A DNA stretch of 36,409 nt from a virus (Duplodnaviria; Caudoviricetes). A program made the position numbers and the translations under genes. Position 1 is the first letter of the stretch, and each line of letters starts with the position of its first letter. The notes under the pieces were generated by a model, which did no database searches, had not been told where the DNA came from, and saw only the letters and a program-made list of their open reading frames with translations. This document shows positions 17,064-26,054 of this stretch, piece by piece. Location of the stretch: the IMG/VR virus record IMGVR_UViG_3300014208_000318, positions 1-36,409 of that record. The stretch is one strand, 5' to 3'.

Positions 17064-17448
17064 CAGGTTTCTCCTTGCTCAATGCGCTGGCGACGGCGTC
17101 AAGATGGTACCGCGTCTCGGGTTCCATGACGCGATAGGCGGCAATCAGGCGTTTTTCGTCGGGCAGCAGCACCTCTGGCGACAAGCCGCTGTCGCGCTCC
17201 GCCGCGGCGACGAGCTCCGATAGCGGAATCTCCAAGGCGAGCGCGACGGCCGAATAAAGGTCCAGCGGAGCTCGCTTCGTGCCGCGCTCCAGCCGTTGTA
17301 GACCGGAGGCATCAGCTCCGCGTCGGTAGTTCATTCGTTCCGCCATATCCCCCAGAGACCAACCGCGTTGTTCACGTACCCGTCTGATGACGGCACCCAT
17401 CTGTTTGTACATAGCGGGGGTGAGTGTCGCCCCTTCGTTGCGCCCCAT
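17044..17448 (-). CDS. CI-like repressor, XRE HTH (start 17448 or 17412); no S24 peptidase domain visible
   Basis: 'IRRVREQRGWSLGDMAER..LQRLERG..LALEIPLSEL'; divergent from cro. Confidence 0.85.
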   Translation of the reverse strand: MGRNEGATLTPAMYKQMGAVIRRVREQRGWSLGDMAERMNYRRGADASGLQRLERGTKRAPLDLYSAVALALEIPLSELVAAAERDSGLSPEVLLPDEKRLIAAYRVMEPETRYHLDAVASALSKEKPDAETTD

Positions 17449-17501
17449 GCAACGCACCCTATGCAATGCCGTTGACAAACCGTTGCATGGCATGCAACAC
17501 T
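17437..17501. promoter_or_regulatory. cI/cro control region: 17-bp operators GTTGCA-N5-TGCAAC and rightward promoter
   Basis: Perfect palindrome GTTGCATGGCATGCAAC 17482-17498; imperfect copy 17437-17453; partial copy 17451-17467; TTGACA at 17472-17477. Confidence 0.75.
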
Positions 17502-17507
17502 AGCGGC

Positions 17508-17687
17508 ATGTCAAAGATTTCCGCACAACGAAAAAAGAAGGGCCTGTCGATTCGCGGGCTGGCGCGCGCCGCTGGTGTCGATCCATCCACCGTGTCAAGG
17601 ATTGAGCGCGGGCAATGGCCGAAGGAGCGCACGGCGCTGCTGTTGGCGAAGGCATTGGGGGTCCCGATCAACCGTTTGTTTGTCTGA
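17508..17687 (+). CDS. Cro-like HTH regulator (59 aa)
   Basis: 'RKKKGLSIRGLARAAGVDPSTVSRIERG..LAKALGV'. Confidence 0.85.
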   Translation: MSKISAQRKKKGLSIRGLARAAGVDPSTVSRIERGQWPKERTALLLAKALGVPINRLFV

Positions 17688-17693
17688 AAACCC

Positions 17694-17728
17694 GGCCCGC
17701 CAGGTGTTCCACCACCCGGCGGGCCTTT
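17694..17728 (+). terminator. Hairpin/weak terminator after cro (tR1-like)
   Basis: 13-bp arms 17694-17706 and 17713-17725 (1 mismatch) followed by TTT. Confidence 0.5.
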
Positions 17729-17804
17729 GCAACAGTGGTGACGGACACCACGGCTCGCAGCTTCAGTCTCCGTCATCGCGCCTTTGAGCGAAAGGTGTAC
17801 TTCG

Positions 17805-18269
17805 ATGGCGGACTCACGCATCCCGGCCGACGTCAATGACGCGGTCTATCAACTGGTCAAGGCCTACGGCGCCGACCGGCTCTCGGCCAAGACCGGCACC
17901 CCGGCGGGCACGATCCACAACAAGGCCAACCCGCACGAGACGTCGCATCACAAGCCGACCCTGTCTGACATCCTGATCTGGACCCAGATCACCGGCGACT
18001 ATCAGGTGGTGCAGGCGCTGTGCCGAGCGCTGGATGGCTGCTTCGTCGCGCTGCACACCCGGCAATACGCCACCGACGTCGAGCTGCTGGAGCTGGTCCT
18101 GCAGCGCGACAGGCAACAGGCCGAGTTTGCCGATGCGCTGCTCGCCTCGCTCTCCGACGGCAGCATCTCGGCCGACGACTTCAAGGCCTGCCGTCGCGAA
18201 GGCTTCGAGGTCATCACGGCCTGGCTGGAACTGCTCGGCCGCCTGGAGGGGATGATCGATGCGCACTGA
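17805..18269 (+). CDS. Phage regulatory CII-family protein
   Basis: 'TIHNKANP..HKPTL..ITGDYQVVQAL..GCFV' pattern; position after cro. Confidence 0.75.
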   Translation: MADSRIPADVNDAVYQLVKAYGADRLSAKTGTPAGTIHNKANPHETSHHKPTLSDILIWTQITGDYQVVQALCRALDGCFVALHTRQYATDVELLELVLQRDRQQAEFADALLASLSDGSISADDFKACRREGFEVITAWLELLGRLEGMIDAH

Positions 18270-18465
18270 TGCCCCTCCGGCTTCGATCGCCGCGCGCGGC
18301 ATCACCACCCTGACCGACAACCTGCCGCACGGGGCTGGGCTCGACATCGCCAGGGACTTCGCCCGGGTGTTCCGTGACGAAATCGAGACGCGTTTGTTCG
18401 GCTGGCAAACCTCCACGCCGCCGCGCCGTGCCACTGCCCCCGCCACAGATCAATTACCCCGCTGA
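18259..18465 (+). CDS. Hypothetical early protein
   Basis: Overlapping, co-oriented ORF. Confidence 0.45.
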   Translation: MRTDAPPASIAARGITTLTDNLPHGAGLDIARDFARVFRDEIETRLFGWQTSTPPRRATAPATDQLPR

Positions 18466-18479
18466 CCGAGGAGACCGCC

Positions 18480-18695
18480 ATGCGCCGCCACTCACCGCAA
18501 CAGCAGTTCGTCGAAGCATGCCAGATCGCCCGCGATCACAACATGTTCGTGGTCGAGAAGCCCGCCCGCCGCGGCGAAGGGACCGACCACATCCTCTACC
18601 GGCGCACGCCGACCCGGCCGTTGCGCGTCGGCAGCCGGCGCGACGTCGGCGATTTCCGCCGCTTTGTCGAAAAGTGTGCCGGGCTCAAGTCATGA
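18480..18695 (+). CDS. Hypothetical early protein
   Basis: GAGGAG RBS. Confidence 0.6.
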   Translation: MRRHSPQQQFVEACQIARDHNMFVVEKPARRGEGTDHILYRRTPTRPLRVGSRRDVGDFRRFVEKCAGLKS

Positions 18696-18826
18696 GTCTG
18701 CGCGACTGGATCGACGCGGCGCTGTACGTCACTGGTTTCTTTCTGGCCCTGGGGCTTTGCGACCCCGCCCCGGCGGCCACTTTCAATGGGGTCGCAATTG
18801 CAGAAATTTCATCGGGAGCGAACCGG

Positions 18827-19504
18827 ATGGACAGATATTTGACCGAGGACGAGCAGGCCCGCCTGCTCAAGACCCTCAAGGAAGCCGCCTGCCGTGACGT
18901 CTACGGCCGGCGCGACGATGCGATGGTGAGGGCGCTGATCCACAGCGGCCTGCGCATCGGCGAGTTTTCGCGCATCACCGTGGGCGATGCACTGGAGGCC
19001 CTGAAAACCGGCTACCTCTTCATCCCCAGGGAGCACCGCAAGGGCGCCAGCCAGGGACTGGCCAGGGACCACAGCGTCTATCTCACCCAGGCGCTGCGCG
19101 CCGACCTCGGCGACCTGCTCAAGGTCCGCCACGAGCTGCGCGACACCGACTGCCGCGTCGATGACCGCCTGCTGGTCGGCCGCGCCGGCGACAGCATGAC
19201 GGTGCGCGCGCTCGAGCTGCGCTACAAGCAGCACGCCACGCTGGCCGGGCTGGCCAGGACCAGCCCGCACTGGCTGCGCCACACCCGGGCGCAGAACATC
19301 ATGCTGCGCTCCACCGCGCGCGATCCGCGCGGCGTGGTGCAGCGCGCCCTGGGCCATAGCAGCATCAAGAGCAGCGGCGTGTACACCGCCACCCCGCGCG
19401 AGGAGGTCGAAGCGGCGCTACGCGAGATCGACGCCGCCGCGGATCCGCGCCGCGTCACCCGGGCGCAGCTGCGCCGCGCCTTCGAGGGGAGGGCGGCAGC
19501 ATGA
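18827..19504 (+). CDS. Tyrosine recombinase, catalytic domain only (alternative in-frame start 18692)
   Basis: 'SGLRIGE' (R), 'RKG' (K), 'HWLRH', 'LGHSS..GVY' (Y); GGGAG before ATG 18827. Confidence 0.85.
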   Translation: MDRYLTEDEQARLLKTLKEAACRDVYGRRDDAMVRALIHSGLRIGEFSRITVGDALEALKTGYLFIPREHRKGASQGLARDHSVYLTQALRADLGDLLKVRHELRDTDCRVDDRLLVGRAGDSMTVRALELRYKQHATLAGLARTSPHWLRHTRAQNIMLRSTARDPRGVVQRALGHSSIKSSGVYTATPREEVEAALREIDAAADPRRVTRAQLRRAFEGRAAA

Positions 19505-19962
19505 CGACTGCCACCCTCGCGCCGCGGCCAGCCGGTGTCATGCGCCCGCCATCGGAAAAGGTCACCGTCACCCTGACGCTATCCGCCGACAAGGTCGAGA
19601 AGCTGCACGCCTTCATGGCCTCCGACACATGGGAGAAGGCCGAGGCGGCCCGCAAGGCCAACCTCGAAGGCTGCATCGACAGCCTGGAGCATGCCGTCAA
19701 TGTCGCCATCAGCCATGTCGGCACCAGCGGCGGCCGCACCTTCGCCACCTTCCTGGCCAGCCTCTACAACGGTAATCGGGTGAAAGCCGATGTCTCGGAC
19801 ATCATGTCCCTGGACAGCGCCAACTTCGAGCACCTGCTGAACATCCTGCGCCTGCGCTTCGAAACGCACCGCGAGCCGCACCAGTTCTTCGTGAATGGCG
19901 GCGCCCTGTTCGAGCAGATCATCGCCGACTGGGGTCTGGAAAAGCGCCGGAGGAAATCATGA
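19501..19962 (+). CDS. Hypothetical phage protein
   Basis: ATGA coupling; 'SGGRTFATFLASLYNG..LD' motif. Confidence 0.65.
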   Translation: MTTATLAPRPAGVMRPPSEKVTVTLTLSADKVEKLHAFMASDTWEKAEAARKANLEGCIDSLEHAVNVAISHVGTSGGRTFATFLASLYNGNRVKADVSDIMSLDSANFEHLLNILRLRFETHREPHQFFVNGGALFEQIIADWGLEKRRRKS

Positions 19963-20183
19963 GCTGGCGTCCGCACACGGATCTGCCAGACGCCGGGGAG
20001 GTGGCGATCATCGCCGCGCCCTGTCCGATCGAGACCGGATGGTTCCTGCTGCCACAGTTGTATCGCTACGAGGCGAGCGAGGGGAAGTGGTACGGGGTTT
20101 CCAATGTGCTGCAGCTCAAGCGCGAGGTCTTTCACTGGCTGCCGGCCCACGACGTACTGCAGACGCTGCCGCGCCAACCATGA
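19959..20183 (+). CDS. Hypothetical protein (DUF551-like)
   Basis: GGAGG RBS; 'MSW..DLP..VFHWLP' pattern. Confidence 0.55.
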   Translation: MSWRPHTDLPDAGEVAIIAAPCPIETGWFLLPQLYRYEASEGKWYGVSNVLQLKREVFHWLPAHDVLQTLPRQP

Positions 20184-20446
20184 CCCCCGACATGATCAAT
20201 GGCGGCTTCGAGTTCGCCGCCGGCCTCGCCATCCTCAACCACAGTGCAGCACTGCTGCGCGATCGTCGCGTCGCCGGCGTATCCACCGGCAGCGTGGCCT
20301 TCTTCACGCTCTGGGGCGGCTGGAACATTTTCTATTACCCGCACCTGGACCAGTTCTGGAGCTTCGCCGGCGGCATCTTCGTGGTGCTGACCAATGCGAT
20401 CTACGTGTCGCTCCTGATCCATTTTCGGAGGAACCCCGCCTCATGA
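20180..20446 (+). CDS. Small 3-TM membrane protein (PQ-loop/SemiSWEET-like topology)
   Basis: 88 aa, three hydrophobic helices, 'LRDRRVAGVS' loop. Confidence 0.6.
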   Translation: MTPDMINGGFEFAAGLAILNHSAALLRDRRVAGVSTGSVAFFTLWGGWNIFYYPHLDQFWSFAGGIFVVLTNAIYVSLLIHFRRNPAS

Positions 20447-20988
20447 ATGCCCCCCTGGTATTGCCCACCATCCAGACCGTCAGCGGCCGCTATTTCCCGC
20501 TGCTGGCGCCGACCCCGGACGACATCCGCATCGAGGACATCGCTCACCACCTGTCCAACATCTGCCGTTTTACCGGCGCCGTGCGCGAGTTCTACAGCGT
20601 CGCCCAGCACTCGGTCTTGGTCTCGCAGATCGTGCCGCCGCAGGACGCCCTGGCGGCCCTGCTGCACGACGCCAGCGAGGCCTACATCACCGACATCAGC
20701 AAGCCGCTTAAGCCGCACCTGGGCGGCTATGCCGAGATCGAGACGCGCATCATGGAAGTGGTGCTGCAGGTCTTCGGCCTGCCCACCTGCCTGCCGGATT
20801 CGGTCAAGCGCGCCGACCTGATCCTGCTCGCCACCGAGAAGCGCGACCTGATGCCGGCGCACGGCGACGACTGGGATCTGATCCGCGACATTCCCCGCCT
20901 GCAGGAGGAGATCGTCCCGCTGCCGCCCCGGGCTGCCCGGGCGCGCTTCATGGATCGCTTCTGCCAGTTGTACCGGAGGCCGTCATGA
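20443..20988 (+). CDS. HD-domain phosphohydrolase (YfbR/5'-deoxynucleotidase-like)
   Basis: 'DIAHHLSNICRFTG..FYSVAQHS..LLHDASEAY..D..LATEKRDL'. Confidence 0.85.
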   Translation: MNAPLVLPTIQTVSGRYFPLLAPTPDDIRIEDIAHHLSNICRFTGAVREFYSVAQHSVLVSQIVPPQDALAALLHDASEAYITDISKPLKPHLGGYAEIETRIMEVVLQVFGLPTCLPDSVKRADLILLATEKRDLMPAHGDDWDLIRDIPRLQEEIVPLPPRAARARFMDRFCQLYRRPS

Positions 20989-21206
20989 GCGCCGCAGAAG
21001 GATGGGGGACTCTTTCCGAAAAGCGCTTCATCGATGGCATCGGCCGTCACTCCCTGATCGCCGCAGACCGCGCGCATCTGCTTCGCAACTACATCGAATC
21101 CCTGTCTCGCCGTTATCGGTGGGGGAGCATCGACCGTCACGCGATCGAGGTTTACACCGCCCGTCTGTTGCAGATCCATGCCGGGGAGGGCGCGCTTCGT
21201 GGCTGA
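20985..21206 (+). CDS. Hypothetical protein
   Basis: GGAGG RBS; ATGA coupling. Confidence 0.55.
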   Translation: MSAAEGWGTLSEKRFIDGIGRHSLIAADRAHLLRNYIESLSRRYRWGSIDRHAIEVYTARLLQIHAGEGALRG

Positions 21207-22173
21207 CAAAACCCACATCGAATGGACCGACGCGACCTGGAACCCGGTCACCGGCTGCAGCAAGGTCAGCGCCGGTTGCAAACATTGCTACGCCGAACGA
21301 GATTGGGCGCGGCTGTCCGCCAATCCGCACACCCGCTACCACGGTCGCGCCTTCACTGACGTGCAATGCCATGGTGACGTGCTCACGCTGCCGCTGCGCT
21401 GGAAGCGGCCGCGGCGGATCTTCGTCAATTCCATGTCCGACCTGTTTCATGAGTCGGTGCCGGATATTTTTATCGCCGACGTGTTCGGCATCATGGCCGC
21501 GGCGCCCCAGCACACCTACCAGGTGCTGACCAAGCGCCCGGAACGCGCGCGCTGGCTGCTCGGCAACAACGGGATCCTCAACTTCTACACCGCAGCCGAG
21601 GAGTGCGCAGCGATGTATAGCCGCGCCTATGTTGATTGGCCGCTGAAGAATGTCTGGCTCGGCGTCAGCATCGAGGACCAGGCCACGGCCGACGAGCGGA
21701 TCCCGATCCTGCTGGATACCCCGGCGTGGACGCGCTGGGTGAGCGCGGAGCCGCTGCTGGGGCCGGTCGATATTCTGGGCTATCTCGACGGACTGGTGGC
21801 CAGTGCGGACATAAGCCGGCCCAATGTCGATTGGCTTGTCGTCGGCGGAGAGAGTGGCCCCAACGCCCGGCCGATGCATCCGGAGTGGGTGCGTTCGCTG
21901 CGCCATCAGTGTGTGGAGGCTGCCGTTCCATTCCTGTTCAAGCAGTGGGGGGAGTGGTTCCCGGCGAGTTTTCTGCCGAAGGACACCATGCTTCCCGCGC
22001 GCCGCTGGGGCTGGATCAGCGAGAACGGCGGCCCGGCGGAGATCAACGACTTCGGCCCGTTCAAGGACGAGTTCGCGCATCACGAACTGATGGGGCGCGT
22101 CGGCAAGAAACTCGCCGGCCGCCGGCTCGACAACCTTGTGCACGACGACTATCCAGCGGAGGTGCCGTTCTGA
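21199..22173 (+). CDS. Phage Gp37/Gp68 (DUF5131) radical-SAM-like protein
   Basis: 'IEWTDATWNPVTGCSKVSAGCKHCYA', 'FVNSMSDLFH', 'GGESG', 'FFKQWG'-like. Confidence 0.9.
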   Translation: MADKTHIEWTDATWNPVTGCSKVSAGCKHCYAERDWARLSANPHTRYHGRAFTDVQCHGDVLTLPLRWKRPRRIFVNSMSDLFHESVPDIFIADVFGIMAAAPQHTYQVLTKRPERARWLLGNNGILNFYTAAEECAAMYSRAYVDWPLKNVWLGVSIEDQATADERIPILLDTPAWTRWVSAEPLLGPVDILGYLDGLVASADISRPNVDWLVVGGESGPNARPMHPEWVRSLRHQCVEAAVPFLFKQWGEWFPASFLPKDTMLPARRWGWISENGGPAEINDFGPFKDEFAHHELMGRVGKKLAGRRLDNLVHDDYPAEVPF

Positions 22174-22571
22174 TGAAAGCACTGAGCATTCTGCAGCCGT
22201 GGGCCTGGCTGATCGTCAATGGGCAGAAGGACATTGAGAACCGCACCTGGGGAACCAGCTTTCGCGGACAGGTATTGATCCACGCCGGAAAGACGTACCC
22301 GAAGCGGGAACTGGAAGACGACATCGAATACTGGGGCAGGCTCTACCCAGACTTCCCGAGGCAACGGGATGGCATGATCGGCGGGATTGTTGGTGTTGCA
22401 ACCATTGTCGACTGCGTAACAAAAAGCGACAGCAAGTGGTTCAACGGTCCGTATGGCTTCGTGCTGCGCGACGCGAGACCGCTTCCATTCATCCCCTTCC
22501 GCGGCATGCTCGGATTCTTCAGTGTTCCGGAAGACGTGCTTGGCGCCATCGGGGAGGGCCTCCGCCCATGA
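22173..22571 (+). CDS. ASCH domain protein 1
   Basis: 'ALSILQPWAWLIVNGQKDIENRTW..RG..LIHAG'. Confidence 0.9.
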   Translation: MKALSILQPWAWLIVNGQKDIENRTWGTSFRGQVLIHAGKTYPKRELEDDIEYWGRLYPDFPRQRDGMIGGIVGVATIVDCVTKSDSKWFNGPYGFVLRDARPLPFIPFRGMLGFFSVPEDVLGAIGEGLRP

Positions 22572-22951
22572 ACGCCATCACCACCGAAGTCTCCATCTCG
22601 TCGATCGCCGCGTTTTCCGCCGACGGGCACGTGTACCGCGCCTTCGGCAATCTGCTGGCGGTCAAGGGCGGCGAGCTGCTGCTGGTGCCGATGGGCCGCA
22701 CCACGGGCGACCTGCGCCAGGTCACCGACGGCTGCCCCGTGCCCTGGTCCGAGGCCTGGGCGGCGCTGGATTCGCTGCCGCAGGACGCCATCCCGATCAC
22801 GCCCGAGGCCATGTGCGACAGCTTCGCCGCCCTGGCCTTGATCACGCCCTACGGCTGGCTCTCCGACGAGATCCCGCTCGGCGCCGGCGCGCCCGACGCG
22901 CTGCGGCTGATCCATGTCTCGGGCATTCGTTACGTCAGGGTGCCGCTGTGA
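22568..22951 (+). CDS. Hypothetical protein
   Basis: ATGA/GTGA coupling on both sides. Confidence 0.6.
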   Translation: MNAITTEVSISSIAAFSADGHVYRAFGNLLAVKGGELLLVPMGRTTGDLRQVTDGCPVPWSEAWAALDSLPQDAIPITPEAMCDSFAALALITPYGWLSDEIPLGAGAPDALRLIHVSGIRYVRVPL

Positions 22952-25155
22952 GCGCACCGATCCTTACGGCCGCTGTGATCGCCGACATTGCCGGCGTCTA
23001 CGACGGCAAGAGCGAAACGATCGCCGCCCTGATGGCGAAGCACAGGCTGGCGCGCCACAACGTTCACCGTGCAGCAAGGCTCGGTGGCTTCAAGACCCGG
23101 CGCCAGCGCATCGACTGGACGCAGGAAAAGGACGACTACCTGCGCCAGAACTGGGGCAAGCTGCCGCCGGCGGAGATCTATGCCCACCTCGGCGTATCGG
23201 AAGGCACCACGGCGGTTTTCAACCGCCTCAAGCGCATCGGCCACTCCACGCGCAACAACGAGGATCTGACGATCTACGATATCGAGCACCTGACCAAGAT
23301 CGATCACCGGATCTGGCGGCGCTTCATCGATGACGGCTGGCTCAAGAGCTACGAGGAATTCGGCCGCGACGGCCAGGTGTGGTCGCGGCGCGTCAAGCTG
23401 GAATCGATCGCCCGCTTCCTGCGGACGCACCCGGAGGCCTTCAACTACGCCGCGGCCGACAAGTACGCGATCGCCGTGCTCGAGCTGGCCAAGCTGCCGC
23501 CGGCGCCGCGCTTCATGCTGGTGACCTGCCGCTCTGATAGTTGGCAGGATGGTACCCGGGCGACGCCGACCGGGGCCAAGATCCACCACGGCGAGATTGC
23601 GCTGGTCGATCGCGAGCACAGTTTCAGCATGGAGAGCTGCGCCGCGATCGGCGGTACCGATGTCTGGGCGACGCTCTACGAAAACCCGTGTTGCCCGCGC
23701 TGCGGCTGCAAGGTGAGCCGCTTCAGCGAGAAGGCCGTGTTCTCCGACACCGACCAGGGCGAGGGCAGCACACTCAACGCGATCGCCGGCAAGCTGGGGC
23801 TGACCTGGGCTGATGGCCGCTTCCTGGCGGCCGATGGCAGCGTGGTGGGCGAGCACGAGCTGCTGCAGTACGTGTTCAGCACCAAGCGCAACCCGGGCAA
23901 GGCCTTCGGCACCTTTCGCCGTATCCTGGAAGCCGGCATGAAGGTGGCGCCGCCCAATCCGGTACCGGCCGAGCAGCTGCTGCCCAATGTGCTGCGCTAC
24001 GAGCTGCGCGAGGGCCAGCAGGCCGCGTTCGCGTCCTTCGTCGAGAGCGGCAACGTCGGCGTGTACTGGCCGCCTGGCATCGGCAAGATGTATTTCCTCG
24101 GCATGGTGTTCTCGCGGCTCGCCGGCGAGCATGCGTTGTTCGTGCACACCCGCACCATCCGCGACCAGTGGGTCGCCTTCTTCCGCGAGCACGGCAATGT
24201 GCGGGTGGTCTGCCACTGGAAGCCGTTTCACTTCCGAGTGGATATCCTCGACAACGCTGGCCAGGTACGCAGCACGGTGCGGATCTTCAGCTACATGACG
24301 CGCGAGGTGTTCGACGACTGGCGCTTCGGCGTGGTCGGCTTCGACGAGGCGCAGTTCCTGCCTGGCAACAACGCCAGCCGGCTTTCGATGCTGAAGTCGG
24401 ATTACCGCGTCGGCCTCTCGGCCACCCCCTTCCGCGAGGACGGCCGCGCCGGATTGATTCAGTTGATGACCGGCACCGCGCTGGGCGAGGACTGGCAGGA
24501 ATTCCGCGACGCCGGCGCGATCGCCGACGTGCCGGTACGAGTCCTGATCGTCAAGGACCTCGAGCACAAGCACCGCGCCCTGGCGCGCATCGTCGGCCGG
24601 CGCAAGACGATCGTGTTCTCCGACGCGATCGCCGACGGCAAGCGCATCGCCGCCGAGCTGCACCTGCCCTTCATCCATGCCGCGACCGAGAAGCGCCTGG
24701 AAGTGCTGGCCAGCCACCGCGTGGTGGTGATGTCGCGCGTCGGCGACTGCGGCATCGATACGCAGGACCTCGAGGAGGTGATCGAGTTCAACTTCCACCA
24801 CGGATCCCGCGCGCAGTCCCTGCAGCGTATGGGCCGGCTGCTGCACTCGCGCAACCCGCTGCGCCACACCGTGATGATGACGACGAAGGAATTCTCGCTG
24901 TATCACAAGCGGCTGTCCGCGCTCGAGGGCAAGGGTTTCCGGATCCATATCGAGATCGACAAGGACCGCAAGCCGCGCGGCCGCCCGCCGGCGCCGAAGC
25001 CGATCAGCGTTTGGGCCCAGATCCTGGGCGCGACGCCGGCCAGGCGCACCACGGCGCCGCTGGAAACCAACGCCGACAAGCGGGCGCGGGTGATGCGTCG
25101 GATTACCGAGCGCAGCGACAAGGCGATGGCTGTCGCGCAGGGAGGTGCGGCATGA
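22948..25155 (+). CDS. SF2 helicase-like protein (XPB/Rad25-like) with long N-terminal extension
   Basis: Q-motif LREGQ, PPGIGKM, FDEAQ, GLSATP, QRMGR; N-terminal HTH-like region and CCPRC. Confidence 0.8.
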   Translation: MSAPILTAAVIADIAGVYDGKSETIAALMAKHRLARHNVHRAARLGGFKTRRQRIDWTQEKDDYLRQNWGKLPPAEIYAHLGVSEGTTAVFNRLKRIGHSTRNNEDLTIYDIEHLTKIDHRIWRRFIDDGWLKSYEEFGRDGQVWSRRVKLESIARFLRTHPEAFNYAAADKYAIAVLELAKLPPAPRFMLVTCRSDSWQDGTRATPTGAKIHHGEIALVDREHSFSMESCAAIGGTDVWATLYENPCCPRCGCKVSRFSEKAVFSDTDQGEGSTLNAIAGKLGLTWADGRFLAADGSVVGEHELLQYVFSTKRNPGKAFGTFRRILEAGMKVAPPNPVPAEQLLPNVLRYELREGQQAAFASFVESGNVGVYWPPGIGKMYFLGMVFSRLAGEHALFVHTRTIRDQWVAFFREHGNVRVVCHWKPFHFRVDILDNAGQVRSTVRIFSYMTREVFDDWRFGVVGFDEAQFLPGNNASRLSMLKSDYRVGLSATPFREDGRAGLIQLMTGTALGEDWQEFRDAGAIADVPVRVLIVKDLEHKHRALARIVGRRKTIVFSDAIADGKRIAAELHLPFIHAATEKRLEVLASHRVVVMSRVGDCGIDTQDLEEVIEFNFHHGSRAQSLQRMGRLLHSRNPLRHTVMMTTKEFSLYHKRLSALEGKGFRIHIEIDKDRKPRGRPPAPKPISVWAQILGATPARRTTAPLETNADKRARVMRRITERSDKAMAVAQGGAA

Positions 25156-25394
25156 GCTCCGTCGAAATCAAGCTGATCGAGCTCACGGTGAGCGTGACGG
25201 ACAACCAGGCCCTGGTCGACGAGTTGCAGACGGTGGTGCTGGATCGCCTCAAGTACCGCAAGGCGATCCGGGAATGCCTGTCGCTGGCCGCCAGTGGGCG
25301 CATCGGCAACGCCCTGGAAGTGCTGCGCGCGGTGTATCCACAAGCGGCCGATCTGACGAAAGTCGGCGCTGGCGAGACGGCGGTGCAGTCATGA
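25152..25394 (+). CDS. Hypothetical protein
   Basis: GGAGG RBS; ATGA coupling. Confidence 0.55.
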   Translation: MSSVEIKLIELTVSVTDNQALVDELQTVVLDRLKYRKAIRECLSLAASGRIGNALEVLRAVYPQAADLTKVGAGETAVQS

Positions 25395-25768
25395 TGCCCT
25401 CCCTCTCGATCCGCCAGCCATGGGCCTGGCTGATCGTCAATGGCCACAAGGATGTCGAGAACCGCGACTGGCCGACGAAGTTCCGCGGCGCGTTTCTGGT
25501 GCACGCCGGCAAAACCAAGGACCGTGAGCAGTACGAGGCGGCCGCCAGGATTGCCGAGGAAGTCGGCATCGAGATGCCATCGATCGACGCGCTGGATTAC
25601 GGCGGCATCGTCGGCCAGTCCTGCCTGCACGGCTGCGTCACGGCCAGCGACAGCCACTGGTTCGTCGGCGAGTACGGCTTCCTGCTGCGCGATTCAAAGC
25701 CGCTGCCATTCGTGCCTTTCCGGGGCATGCTGGGATTCTTCAACGTGCCGCCTGAGGCCATCAAATGA
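25391..25768 (+). CDS. ASCH domain protein 2
   Basis: 'LSIRQPWAWLIVNGHKDVENRDW..RG..LVHAG'. Confidence 0.9.
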   Translation: MMPSLSIRQPWAWLIVNGHKDVENRDWPTKFRGAFLVHAGKTKDREQYEAAARIAEEVGIEMPSIDALDYGGIVGQSCLHGCVTASDSHWFVGEYGFLLRDSKPLPFVPFRGMLGFFNVPPEAIK

Positions 25769-25808
25769 GCCGCGGCCTGGTGACGCTTCGTCGATCGCGG
25801 AGGTCGGC

Positions 25809-26054
25809 ATGAACATCGAACACGGCGAGAAGCTGTTCGAGTTCTCCAGCTTCAGTGACTGGTGCGACACCGCCAAGTCCAAGTTCTTCACCGCCAAGGT
25901 CTCCGGCGCCGACGTGGTCTGCGTCGATCGGCGCAGCCGCCTGTGCGGATGGGGCAAGCATTTCATGCAGGCGCGTGACGAGAACGCCTTCCCGGTCGAG
26001 GTGTTCCGGCTGCGCGCGGACATGAACATGCGGAAGCAGGGCGAGCTGCTGTGA
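25809..26054 (+). CDS. Hypothetical phage protein
   Basis: GGAGG RBS; 'CVD..RLC..G.HFMQARDENAFPV' motif. Confidence 0.6.
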   Translation: MNIEHGEKLFEFSSFSDWCDTAKSKFFTAKVSGADVVCVDRRSRLCGWGKHFMQARDENAFPVEVFRLRADMNMRKQGELL

